NCBI GenBank assembly: GCA_038891095.1
Contig: JAWAEV010000001.1
Coordinates: forward strand, 5,248 to 69,247
DNA from: Candidatus Altiarchaeota archaeon
GTDB taxonomy: Archaea > Altiarchaeota > Altiarchaeia > IMC4 > QMZM01
DNA: 64,000 nucleotides
Reading direction: 5' to 3'
In this document: positions 50,871 through 64,000 of the stretch, in pieces
How positions within the stretch are numbered: the stretch's first letter is position 1
Layout of the letters: every line of letters begins with the position of its first letter
Position numbers and translations under genes: made by a program
Notes under the pieces: model-generated
The model's database searches: none
Told to the model about the DNA's origin: nothing
What the model saw: only the letters and a program-made list of their open reading frames with translations

Positions 50871-52058
50871 TTATCTGTTAAATATCCTTTGCAAGAGCAC
50901 AGTCGCATAACTCCCTTTTTTTAATATGAATGACAGAGTAACTTTAAACCTTCTTTTTTTCCATCTATCATTTATCTCATCAACTTGCGCTTCTGAAATT
51001 TCAAAATTTTCTGGCATTGCAACAATTTCTCTGTCATAGAGTTTGAAAAAATTCCCTGTCTCTTTTTGGATATCAAAATCCTTAATGCGTATACCTTCGG
51101 AGGATAGCACCTCTTCTACAATTTCTTTTTCAAAATCTGTAAGCTTTACATTATGGCTTAACATCTTGAAAGTTCTTGGGATTTTCCTTATCTCATTAGG
51201 AGTTAAATTTCTATAGAAAATCAACTCACCTAGGCTATATTTTGAAGTGTAAAGTTTTCTATTATCTATACATCTCTTCAGAATTAATTTTACGCATTCA
51301 TTCCATAGATAGCTTTGATATGCAGAAACAAAAATCTCTCTTAAATTTTTAGGTATCTTTTTATATGCTAAAAGCCAACTCTCTGTCTTTCTATATTCCT
51401 CCAAAATTTCTGAAAAAAGTTTGTTCTCTGTTTTCAGAGTTTTTATTTCATTCCATTTCTTTGCTATTTTCCGCTTCTCTTCCTTTCTCTTCCTATTTTC
51501 GTGTTTTGTATAACTTGTGAGGAAAATTTTAACTGCCTCCTCATAATTTTTTTTCATTATAAATTTCGCAATAAATTTACCGTGGATAACACTCCCAAAT
51601 CTCTGAGAGCCAAAATAATTCACAAAACCACATTTTTTAACATCATTAGCATTTTCCTCTATAGCTTTCAATTCTTCATTCTTTATGTCTCTAACTGTAA
51701 TCATAAATTTATTTCCTTTCAAAAGACCTATTTTTATTGGTTTTTCTACATATCCTAAAAATGTTAATTTTAGATTTCTTTCATCTAAATTTTTCAGTTC
51801 ATATTTTGAAGGTATTGTTAAGTATTGCTTTGTTATTGCGTGTCTATCCTTCAAACCAGCAATTTTAAATTCAGAAAGAGGAATTTTATTATTTCTTGAA
51901 AGATATTTCAAAACAAAAAAAGTTTCTAAGCCTCTTTTCTCAAGAAGGTAAATTTTATATTTCGCTTTAGTAGAGCTATTTTCAAGAATTTCAAATTTAT
52001 TTATCTCCTCAACTTGAAAGTCATCAACTCTTTGCCTAAGTTTCACTTTTGTCCTCAA
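50871..52058 (-). CDS. truD: tRNA pseudouridine(13) synthase TruD/Pus7 family
   Basis: N-terminal DFQVEE and the TruD motif NYFGSQRFG. Confidence 0.75.
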   Translation of the reverse strand: MRTKVKLRQRVDDFQVEEINKFEILENSSTKAKYKIYLLEKRGLETFFVLKYLSRNNKIPLSEFKIAGLKDRHAITKQYLTIPSKYELKNLDERNLKLTFLGYVEKPIKIGLLKGNKFMITVRDIKNEELKAIEENANDVKKCGFVNYFGSQRFGSVIHGKFIAKFIMKKNYEEAVKIFLTSYTKHENRKRKEEKRKIAKKWNEIKTLKTENKLFSEILEEYRKTESWLLAYKKIPKNLREIFVSAYQSYLWNECVKLILKRCIDNRKLYTSKYSLGELIFYRNLTPNEIRKIPRTFKMLSHNVKLTDFEKEIVEEVLSSEGIRIKDFDIQKETGNFFKLYDREIVAMPENFEISEAQVDEINDRWKKRRFKVTLSFILKKGSYATVLLQRIFNR

Positions 52059-53181
52059 TTAAAACTCGCTCATACAAATTAATTAATTTCCCAACAACTT
52101 TGTCTTTTGTGAAATTTTCTTCAACTCTAATTCGAGCTTTTTTTCCAAGTTCATTAGCAAAAGTTTTATTTGAAAGTATAGAGATTATTGCTTCGCTTAA
52201 CTGCTTAGAATTCTTTGGTTCAACTAAAATTCCTGCGTCTCCTAAAACAAAAGGCATTCCAGAAATTTTTGTTGAAATACAAGCAACTCCTGAACTCATT
52301 GCCTCAAGTAATGCAATCCCAAATGCTTCCTGTCTTGTGATAGATGGCAAAACAAAAACATCTGCAGATCTAAAAATCAATGGCAGCTCATCAGCATTTG
52401 CATTTATGAAAGTAATGTCATCTACACCTCTACTTTTTTCTTTTAATTTCTTTTCCAACGGTCCCGAACCAGAAATTACAAGTTTTGCATTTTTTATTTT
52501 TTTCTTCACTTCTTTAAATGCCTCTATGAGATAAGAGATTCCTTTGTATGGAACTAATCTGCCAACAAACAAGATTACTTTTTTGTTAGTTAAAGAATAT
52601 TTTTCTTTTACTTTTCTCAATTTTTCTAGATTTATTTCAGGAGAAAATTTTTTCTCATCAACAAAATTTGGAATTATCTCAATTTTATTAATAAATTTTC
52701 TTAGAATTTCTGATTCATTCACATAATTTGGTGAGGTCGCAATTATAACCTTTGAATGCTTTAAGAGAACTTCCTGAAAGAAACCATAGAAAAATTTTAG
52801 AATTTTGTAATGCAGACCTTCTTTTATTATATCAGCGTGGTATGTCACAATTAATGGTTTTTTTCTTATGATAGAGGCAAAAAATGCAAAAAAAGAACTG
52901 AATGGATCAGGTAAATGCAGGTGTATTAGATCATAATCTTTCTTTAGTAGATTTATCAACATGCCTAAAGCAAATGGATCCCTAAAAACTGTAAACAAAA
53001 TCCTACTGCGATGAATTTCTACACCATGATAAATTTCATATTTAGCACTCTTTGGAAAATTTGATGAAAGCACAATAACTTTATGTTTCCTTTCAACAAG
53101 TCCTTCTGAAATTCCCAATACATTGTTCTCAATGCCACCCGAATGAGGATAAAAATATTTGGTTATCTGTAAAATTTTCAT
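52036..53181 (-). CDS. GT4 glycosyltransferase
   Basis: EAFGIALLEAMSSGVACISTKISG signature. Confidence 0.8.
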   Translation of the reverse strand: MKILQITKYFYPHSGGIENNVLGISEGLVERKHKVIVLSSNFPKSAKYEIYHGVEIHRSRILFTVFRDPFALGMLINLLKKDYDLIHLHLPDPFSSFFAFFASIIRKKPLIVTYHADIIKEGLHYKILKFFYGFFQEVLLKHSKVIIATSPNYVNESEILRKFINKIEIIPNFVDEKKFSPEINLEKLRKVKEKYSLTNKKVILFVGRLVPYKGISYLIEAFKEVKKKIKNAKLVISGSGPLEKKLKEKSRGVDDITFINANADELPLIFRSADVFVLPSITRQEAFGIALLEAMSSGVACISTKISGMPFVLGDAGILVEPKNSKQLSEAIISILSNKTFANELGKKARIRVEENFTKDKVVGKLINLYERVLIEDKSET

Positions 53182-53964
53182 TTGATATTAAAAATTTATA
53201 CTTCAAATCAATATATTTACTTCAACATTAAAATGAATCTTGAAAAAATGAGGGAAAATCTTATAGGGTTCTTAAGAGAAATTTCCGAGGTTATCTTAAC
53301 TCTGTTAATAATAATTTTAGTTTCAAGATTAGTTTTTGGAGCAAATATGTTAGTACCTTTAGTTGCAGTAAGTTCTAAAAGTATGTTACATCAAAGCGAT
53401 TCATGGAAAAGTTGGTTGATTTCACAAGGTTTTTCAGAAAAAGAAATAGAAAAATTTCCAATGCAGAATGGATTTGATAAAGGGGATATGATCTTAGTTA
53501 TCACACCAAATGGAAAAGGAAAAATTTTTAATTTTGAATTTCCAACATTGTTTCCAGAAACAAAGTTAGGGGATGTTATAATTTATGAGCGAGATCTTGC
53601 CCATTTTGGTGGTGAGCCGATAATTCATAGAGTTGTTGGCATAGCACATATAAAAAATTGGAATTTAGAACGCATTGATGGCACTCTCAGCTGCATAAGT
53701 GCTGAAGAAATAGAGAAGAAATTTATACCTATGGTTGTAGATTGCATAAATAGAAAGCAAAATTGCCCATATAAGAGCTATCCAAAAAAAGGGGATTTCA
53801 ACTTTTACATAACAAAAGGAGATAATAATGCTGCAGTTGACCAATGCGGAACAATTGCCTACCCAGTAAATGACGAACAACTTCTCGCAAGAGGATGGAT
53901 ACGGCTTCCTTACATTGGTTGGTTAAAACTTCTCTTGAATGAAATTATAAATTTGTTCTTATAA
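53182..53964 (+). CDS. Signal peptidase I (S26B, Sec11-like)
   Basis: N-terminal TM, Ser box VSSKSM, KGDMILV box and IIHRVVG His box. Long C-terminal extension. Confidence 0.55.
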   Translation: MILKIYTSNQYIYFNIKMNLEKMRENLIGFLREISEVILTLLIIILVSRLVFGANMLVPLVAVSSKSMLHQSDSWKSWLISQGFSEKEIEKFPMQNGFDKGDMILVITPNGKGKIFNFEFPTLFPETKLGDVIIYERDLAHFGGEPIIHRVVGIAHIKNWNLERIDGTLSCISAEEIEKKFIPMVVDCINRKQNCPYKSYPKKGDFNFYITKGDNNAAVDQCGTIAYPVNDEQLLARGWIRLPYIGWLKLLLNEIINLFL

Positions 53965-53990
53965 TTCCGTGTTGTGTTTATGTGCAAGGG

Positions 53991-54209
53991 TTATGGTAAA
54001 ATTTTTATCTTCATTGTATTGCCCTGCTTTAGGACTTGGATTTTACCCTCTCTAGCAAGCCAGCCAACTGCCATTTCAAAAAGTTCCTTCTTACTGACTT
54101 TCTTTTTCGCATCAGAAAGTTTCACTTCCCCCTTATTAACAAAATTCACATAGACTTCACCAGCAGTTTTTCCTATCTCAGCCCATAAATCAGTTATGTT
54201 TGCATTCAT
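53991..54209 (-). CDS. Small winged-helix-like protein
   Basis: 72-aa ORF. Weak call. Confidence 0.3.
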   Translation of the reverse strand: MNANITDLWAEIGKTAGEVYVNFVNKGEVKLSDAKKKVSKKELFEMAVGWLAREGKIQVLKQGNTMKIKILP

Positions 54210-54264
54210 TTTTAGATTTTAATTTTTTTAAGGTTATCATTTTATTTTTATAGAAGTATATTAT

Positions 54265-54897
54265 ATGATGCATTTATATAAATTATATAACAAATATTTT
54301 TTGTGGTATATGATGGATATTACATTTGTTTTGTTATCATATATCCTTGGACCAATCGCATCTGTTCCTTATGCAATTAAATTTTTGAATTTAAGTCCTG
54401 TTGAAATTTTTCTTTACTTATCTTTTTTGTATCTTGCTGCTCTTCCTTTAATTTTTAAAATATTTGAATTTTTCAGACACAAAGAAATTTATGAGGAAAG
54501 TATAATAAGAAAAATTTGTAGAGTATGTGATATAAAAGCAAAGGAGGAGATTGAAAAAGTTAGAAAAACAGGTAATGTGTTGATAGAAAATTTTGAAAAT
54601 AAGTTGGGACATTTAGGTTTTTATGTTGCAATTTCAATATTCACATTTTTATTTGGAATTTTTCTTGCCTCAATTCTTGCTTATTTTTTGAAGATTAGAA
54701 AAGATAGGGCAATGTTATGCATTTCAATAGGGGCACTCATAGGAAATTTTTTTTGGGTTTTGGTTATAACATACTCATTACCAAGGCTTCAATCTGAATT
54801 TACGCTTATTCTCTTTATTCTTGCATTTCTGTTATATGGAAAAAGAAGGGAAATTGAAATTTTAAGAAAAGTTTCAGGAAAATTATTACATTCATAG
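54265..54897 (+). CDS. Membrane protein of unknown function
   Basis: 210 aa, 4-5 TM helices. Confidence 0.4.
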   Translation: MMHLYKLYNKYFLWYMMDITFVLLSYILGPIASVPYAIKFLNLSPVEIFLYLSFLYLAALPLIFKIFEFFRHKEIYEESIIRKICRVCDIKAKEEIEKVRKTGNVLIENFENKLGHLGFYVAISIFTFLFGIFLASILAYFLKIRKDRAMLCISIGALIGNFFWVLVITYSLPRLQSEFTLILFILAFLLYGKRREIEILRKVSGKLLHS

Positions 54898-54959
54898 ATT
54901 TTTCATAACATTTCAGAACTTTTAGCCTTTTTTAGTTTTTTATTTTATATAAATATATA

Positions 54960-56279
54960 ATGGCTCAAAACTCAAAGTCAAAGTCGCAGGGAGCAACTGA
55001 GTATCTTCTGAATTATGGTTGGGCTATTATATTAATTGCTGCGATTGGTGTATCTATGTATTACCTTGGAATTTTCAACTTAAGTTCTCAATCAACTCTA
55101 GTAAAAGCATCTGGATTTTCAAAGATAAAACCATTAGAACCAAGTATAATTTTAACCCCTTCATGTGAATTTACTGGAATTTTCGTTAATGGTGCCGGAA
55201 GCGTTGTAAATATTTCAAAAATAGAAATTTATAATGTTGTTGATAAGAAAAATTGTGATACTTCGAAAGGAACAGGACTTTTTGATCCAGGCGATGCTAT
55301 TGAAGTAAAAGCAGAAAATTGTTGCTCTCAAGACCATAAACCAGAGGAGCAATATAATCTCAAGATAAATATTAGCTACACAAGCCAAATTGCTGGAGTT
55401 AGATTTGATACTTTAGACCAAGGTGTTATCTATGGGGCTTATTCTAAAGGATATAAACTTCCTAAATGTGAAGAACAAGGCGGTTTTTGTTGTGCACCAC
55501 CGTTTAACACTTGTAAACCAGGAAAAATGCTAAGTGCTTCAGATTGCTCACCTTGCTGTCAAGGTCCTGGAAATTCAAATTGTGATAAACTAACTACTAC
55601 GACTACAAGCACAACAACTACTTCTGTTACTACAACTACAACAACATCAACTACTACATCAACAATTACAACAACAAAAATGAGTACGACAACAACGACT
55701 TCCAGCACTACTACAACTACGACTAGTACGACGACAACAACTATACCTTGTTACACTTATGATAGTTGTAATGATTGTGTAAGTCATAGTTGTGTGTGGA
55801 ACATTAGAATTGTGCATGTGCCACCACCAGAGGGTCCTGAAATAATTGAATGGTGTGCAGAATCTTGTTTGGGATTAGCAACATGGTGCGCTCCTCCAAA
55901 CTCTTGCGGTGGTTTTATAACAACGACTACAACAACCACAACAAGCACTACTACAGTCACTACAACTACAACCACAAAGACCACTACCACAACGACAAGC
56001 ACGACATCGACAACAACAACTGTAAAGACATTATGTTGGAGTAGTAGCTACTTATACAGAACAGCTGCTAATATGTACAAATTCTGTAAGTGCACAACAA
56101 ATACATATGGATACTCAGGCTATACCAATGCAGGGTATACCTCAGGAAGAAGATATTTAGATACAGGAAATAATCTAAATTGGGGCACTACATCAATCAC
56201 TAGTTATATGGTCTCTCAAGTTAGATGCCCAAACGGAGCGTGGTATACTACATCCCAAAATTACTATTACCCACCATAA
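54960..56279 (+). CDS. Secreted archaeal type-IV-pilin-like (class III signal peptide) protein with two poly-Thr mucin-like linkers and Cys-rich modules
   Basis: N-terminus KSKSQG/ATEYLLNYGWAIILIAAIGV resembles the archaeal prepilin (DUF361) signal. TTTTSTTTT... runs of about 50 and 34 residues. At least 20 Cys, including CCSQDH, CCAPPFNTC and CSPCCQGPGNSNC. Confidence 0.5.
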   Translation: MAQNSKSKSQGATEYLLNYGWAIILIAAIGVSMYYLGIFNLSSQSTLVKASGFSKIKPLEPSIILTPSCEFTGIFVNGAGSVVNISKIEIYNVVDKKNCDTSKGTGLFDPGDAIEVKAENCCSQDHKPEEQYNLKINISYTSQIAGVRFDTLDQGVIYGAYSKGYKLPKCEEQGGFCCAPPFNTCKPGKMLSASDCSPCCQGPGNSNCDKLTTTTTSTTTTSVTTTTTTSTTTSTITTTKMSTTTTTSSTTTTTTSTTTTTIPCYTYDSCNDCVSHSCVWNIRIVHVPPPEGPEIIEWCAESCLGLATWCAPPNSCGGFITTTTTTTTSTTTVTTTTTTKTTTTTTSTTSTTTTVKTLCWSSSYLYRTAANMYKFCKCTTNTYGYSGYTNAGYTSGRRYLDTGNNLNWGTTSITSYMVSQVRCPNGAWYTTSQNYYYPP

Positions 56280-56381
56280 GAATTACCTGTGAGTATAAAA
56301 AAACAGTAAACTCAAAAATTGAAATCTTCAAGTGAGATATGAGATTTCTCCCTTAAATTCTAAATTTTAATTATTATTAGA

Positions 56382-58628
56382 ATGCAACTTTTGCACTTAT
56401 CTTTAGAAAATTGGGCATGTCATGATTCCTTATCAATAGACCTTTCAAAAGGTTTGCAAATAGAAGGCAGAAATGGTACAGGTAAGAGTAGCATCCTTGA
56501 AGCAATAAAATTTATCTTCACTGAACAGTCCCGCGGCTATAGAAATAAAATAAAAAATGGTAAAGACTTTGCAAAAGTTAGATTGATGCTAAAAAAAGAG
56601 TCTGATACTTTCCTCATTGAAAAAATTTTGCCAAGAAACAAAACTGTAAAAGCAAAAATTTTCAAGAATACTCTGCTTATAGCTGATAGTTTAACAGCAG
56701 TGCATTCTCAGCTAAAAGAGATTTTAGATGAAGAAATTTTGGAGAAGTTGCTTTACATCCCGCAAGGAAGATTAACCGAAATCTTAGATGCGCTAAAAAT
56801 TAAAGGTGGTAGACAAGAGTTGGATTCTCTACTTGGCTTAGATAAATTTGAGAAAATTTATAATTCTGCAGGAGAGGAAATTTTAAAGAAAAGGGAAAAA
56901 CTCTTGCTCTTGAAAGATGAATTAAAAAAATTTCCAGAGGATGATAATTTCTTTAAAAATGAGATAGAGAAAATTCAGAGGAATATAGAAAAGAGCTTAG
57001 TAGAGAGTGAAAAGCTTGAAGCTGAAATTTTTTCTATCAGAGAAAAATTAGAGAAGGTGAAAGAAAAAATTTCTGAAATTGAAAAGATAAAAAAAGCAAG
57101 AGAGATAACTGAGAGAGAGTTGAATGAGTTAAATTTAAAGATAGTTAAAATTGGGGATGAAATAAACTCAAATGTTAAATTATTAGAAACATTAAATGAA
57201 AAAAAAGTTGAATTTTCTGCTCTTACCAAGGAAATTGAGAAACTTAAGAACTATCCAAAAATTAGGGAGCTCCTCTTGGAAAAGAAAAATTTAGAAGAGA
57301 GAATTAAAGAACTTTTAGTTGCAGAGGATAAAGAAAGAATTAAATTGCTTGAAACTGAACTCAAAAATTTCCATGAATTACAGATAGTGTGCAATAAAAA
57401 AGAGAAAGAACTCATTGAATTAGAGAAGGAATTTGCAATTCAGAAAGAAAAAATTTTGGAGAAGATGAATTTTCTTAAAGATTTAGAAGAATTGAAAAAA
57501 CAACAGAGATGCCCAAGATGTGGACAAATCTTGACTATAGAGCATATAGAAAGAGAAAAGGAAGAAACATACAAAGAGATAGATGAAATAAAAGAGAAGG
57601 GCGTTGAACTTGAAAGAAGGCTAAATATTGAAAGGGAAATTTTTGAAAAGCAAAAGAAAGAGGTTGAAATTTTAAAAAGAAAAGAAGTTGAGCTAATAAC
57701 TCTCAAAAGTCAAATTGATAAGAAAAACATAGAAAGGCGAAATTCAGAAAAAAAGATATGTGATATTGAAAAGGAACTTTTTGATATTGGTTATAAAAAT
57801 GAATCTCTTAATGAAGTAGAAAAGCAAGTTAACAATCTTAACAATTTTCAAGGCAGGATAAATGAATTGCAAAAAGATGTTAAAAAAATTTCTGAAATTG
57901 AAGAAAAGCTCCCTAAGTTAAAAGAAGAGCTTTCAACAGCAGAAAGAGAAAAATTTTCAATTGAGAAAAGAGCAAAAGAGCTCGTATATGATGAAAATCT
58001 CTTTGAGAATCTGAAAAAAGAAAAAGAAACCTTAAATGAGAATTTTTATAAACTACAAGTAGAACTTAAGAGCCAAAATTTTAGAGTTAACGAAATGAAA
58101 ACACAATTGAAAAAAATTGAAGACGAAAGAAAAAATTTCTTAGATTTGAAAGAGGAAGTTAGAAATTTAGAGAGGGAACTAAATCTTCTTGAAAAAGCAA
58201 GAGACCTTTTCCATACAGACAAAGGAATCCCAAAATATTTAAGAGAAAAATACATAGCAAAATTGAATTTTCTCCTTACGAGTTACTTTCATAAGATAAA
58301 TCAAAATCCAAATTACAAAGAAGTTTATTTTAACAAAGAGTATGAACTTGAATTAAAAGCAAATGATGGATCTCTTAGCATTGAGCAAATTTCTGGTGGT
58401 GAAAAAACACAACTTGCAATTGCTTTCAGGCTCTCTCTAATAGATTTGCTCTCTCCAATAAGACTTTTAATTTTAGATGAACCTTTTGGAAGTCTTGACC
58501 AGGAGCATAGAGAAATGTTAGGAGGAGTACTCAATAAAATTGCAGAGGAAGGCCAAGTAATTTTGGTTACACATATACCTGTAGAAACATTAAATTTGTA
58601 TGAGAAGTTGAATTTGGGCGAGTACTAA
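56382..58628 (+). CDS. Rad50/SbcC-like SMC-family ATPase with zinc hook
   Basis: Walker A GRNGTGKSS, long coiled coils with central CPRCG hook, signature LSGGEKTQ, Walker B LLILDEPF. 748 aa. Confidence 0.7.
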   Translation: MQLLHLSLENWACHDSLSIDLSKGLQIEGRNGTGKSSILEAIKFIFTEQSRGYRNKIKNGKDFAKVRLMLKKESDTFLIEKILPRNKTVKAKIFKNTLLIADSLTAVHSQLKEILDEEILEKLLYIPQGRLTEILDALKIKGGRQELDSLLGLDKFEKIYNSAGEEILKKREKLLLLKDELKKFPEDDNFFKNEIEKIQRNIEKSLVESEKLEAEIFSIREKLEKVKEKISEIEKIKKAREITERELNELNLKIVKIGDEINSNVKLLETLNEKKVEFSALTKEIEKLKNYPKIRELLLEKKNLEERIKELLVAEDKERIKLLETELKNFHELQIVCNKKEKELIELEKEFAIQKEKILEKMNFLKDLEELKKQQRCPRCGQILTIEHIEREKEETYKEIDEIKEKGVELERRLNIEREIFEKQKKEVEILKRKEVELITLKSQIDKKNIERRNSEKKICDIEKELFDIGYKNESLNEVEKQVNNLNNFQGRINELQKDVKKISEIEEKLPKLKEELSTAEREKFSIEKRAKELVYDENLFENLKKEKETLNENFYKLQVELKSQNFRVNEMKTQLKKIEDERKNFLDLKEEVRNLERELNLLEKARDLFHTDKGIPKYLREKYIAKLNFLLTSYFHKINQNPNYKEVYFNKEYELELKANDGSLSIEQISGGEKTQLAIAFRLSLIDLLSPIRLLILDEPFGSLDQEHREMLGGVLNKIAEEGQVILVTHIPVETLNLYEKLNLGEY

Positions 58629-59185
58629 AATTAATTATGGAAAACGAATATGTTTTTAGGATATCCTGTTTGCCTTTTATTTCTATTTGACAGAATAAGT
58701 TGAATAGCAAGATAGAAATTCACATAAAAGAAGTTACGATGAATGCAAATTTTGGAAGTTCTAAGGAAGTTATAAAAAATTTATTCTATGAAAGAATTGC
58801 TGAAATAACATTTAGTTCAGTTATTAAAAATGTTAGTTCACAAAATTAAAGGAGGAGGTATTTTAATAATTTTTATAAATTTAAAATTTATAAGGTTGGC
58901 AGTGACCATAGTCCATCTTCTGTCAGCTTTTTAAGCCACGCTTAAGTTAGCTGTTTTGGCATTCGTCTAAGCGTTTTAAAAAACTTGCACCCAACGCAAC
59001 ATTTGTCTCACAAGATTTTGCAATTTTCTCTCAGATAGGATACTTCATAGAAATTGCAAAATCATCTCATCTCTCGTATGTTGCTTTGCCTCTCGGCAAT
59101 TAAAAATTTATTGGGTGGATGGAGCTTCCTCATTCTCATTTAAGAGAACGGTAGCCAAATGAGTCACTACCTCCGAATATTTCTT

Positions 59186-62170
<2,985 letters not shown>

Positions 62171-62298
62171 ACCCAAAACACTTTGGTTTTGAGTTGCATC
62201 TAAATTTTTATTAATAAATTTTTATAATGAAATTAAGTAAGTATATTAAAATTTTATTTATTTTAACCATATCAATTAAATCCCGACGAGCAGAGATT

Positions 62299-62370
62299 GG
62301 ACCCGTCGGGATTTGAACCCGAGGCCTTCCGCTTGCAAAGCGGACGATCTACCAGACTGATCTACGGGCC
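62299..62370 (-). tRNA. tRNA-Ala (anticodon UGC) in the 16S-23S spacer
   Basis: Reverse complement folds as a cloverleaf: GGCCCGT acceptor, GTTCAAATCC T-loop, CUUGCAA anticodon loop. CCA is not encoded. Confidence 0.9.
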
Positions 62371-62537
62371 CGTATAAGGCCTAAAGCCATCATGGCCCAA
62401 AATAGTAACATAAAGCAAATTATTCTTTTTAATTGTTTTTTATTTTCTCTGTTCTCTAAGCTCTTAACTCTTAATCTATCTTTACTCTACTTTACTTAAT
62501 AGTAGGGTCCTATTTTGGCATCCAGTGTGAACAGATA

Positions 62538-64000
<1,463 letters not shown>

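Noticed and set aside
58889-59005. Possible 5S rRNA on either strand
   Set aside because: It lacks the conserved loop-C CCGAAC and GAAGUUAAGC blocks. I cannot support an rRNA call without a covariance search, so it is kept only as a finding.

Overview
This window is an AT-rich archaeal chromosomal segment of roughly 30% GC. The evidence for an archaeal origin is an MC1 chromatin protein, RadB, prefoldin alpha, Bud32, TruD, an archaeal-type TyrRS, and a 16S-tRNAAla(UGC)-23S rRNA operon.

Layout:
- 1-11 kb: housekeeping and membrane-transport genes (Lhr helicase, MscS, CorA, a Kef-type antiporter, two metallophosphoesterases, an integrin-alpha-like FG-GAP surface protein, MC1).
- 11.9-36.1 kb: a roughly 24 kb surface-glycan biosynthesis island with 9 to 11 GT2/GT4/GT-C glycosyltransferases, 4 SDR epimerases, 2 UDP-sugar dehydrogenases, a Wzx-like flippase, 3 methyltransferases, a Dol-P-sugar synthase-like GT2 and a PMT/ArnT-like GT-C. 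Most of these genes lie in one tightly overlapping minus-strand operon.
- 36-53 kb: mixed housekeeping genes (RpiA, tandem V4R, Roadblock/LC7, prefoldin alpha, FtsY, DUF58-RadB, Ugd, PurA, GGR-like reductase, HD dNTPase-like, TyrRS, Bud32, TruD, a further GT4).
- 53-58.6 kb: a signal peptidase I, a pilin-like secreted protein that is poly-Thr-rich and Cys-rich, and a Rad50/SbcC-like ATPase.
- 59.2-64.0 kb: the rRNA operon on the minus strand, with 23S, tRNA-Ala, and a 16S truncated at the window edge.

I found no CRISPR array, transposase or obvious prophage.

The most unusual structure is inside the glycan island. Three epimerase paralogs share a nucleotide-identical promoter-plus-start-codon module. 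Two 103-bp perfect direct repeats bracket a 2.9-kb cassette. Two enzymes in the island also carry Cys4 zinc-ribbon-like insertions. Together with the PMT-like GT-C, the Dol-P-sugar synthase-like GT2 and the mucin-like pilin candidate, this suggests a recombination-variable surface (O-)glycosylation system. That interpretation is inference. Every call rests on reading motifs in the ORF translations by eye, and no database searches were run.
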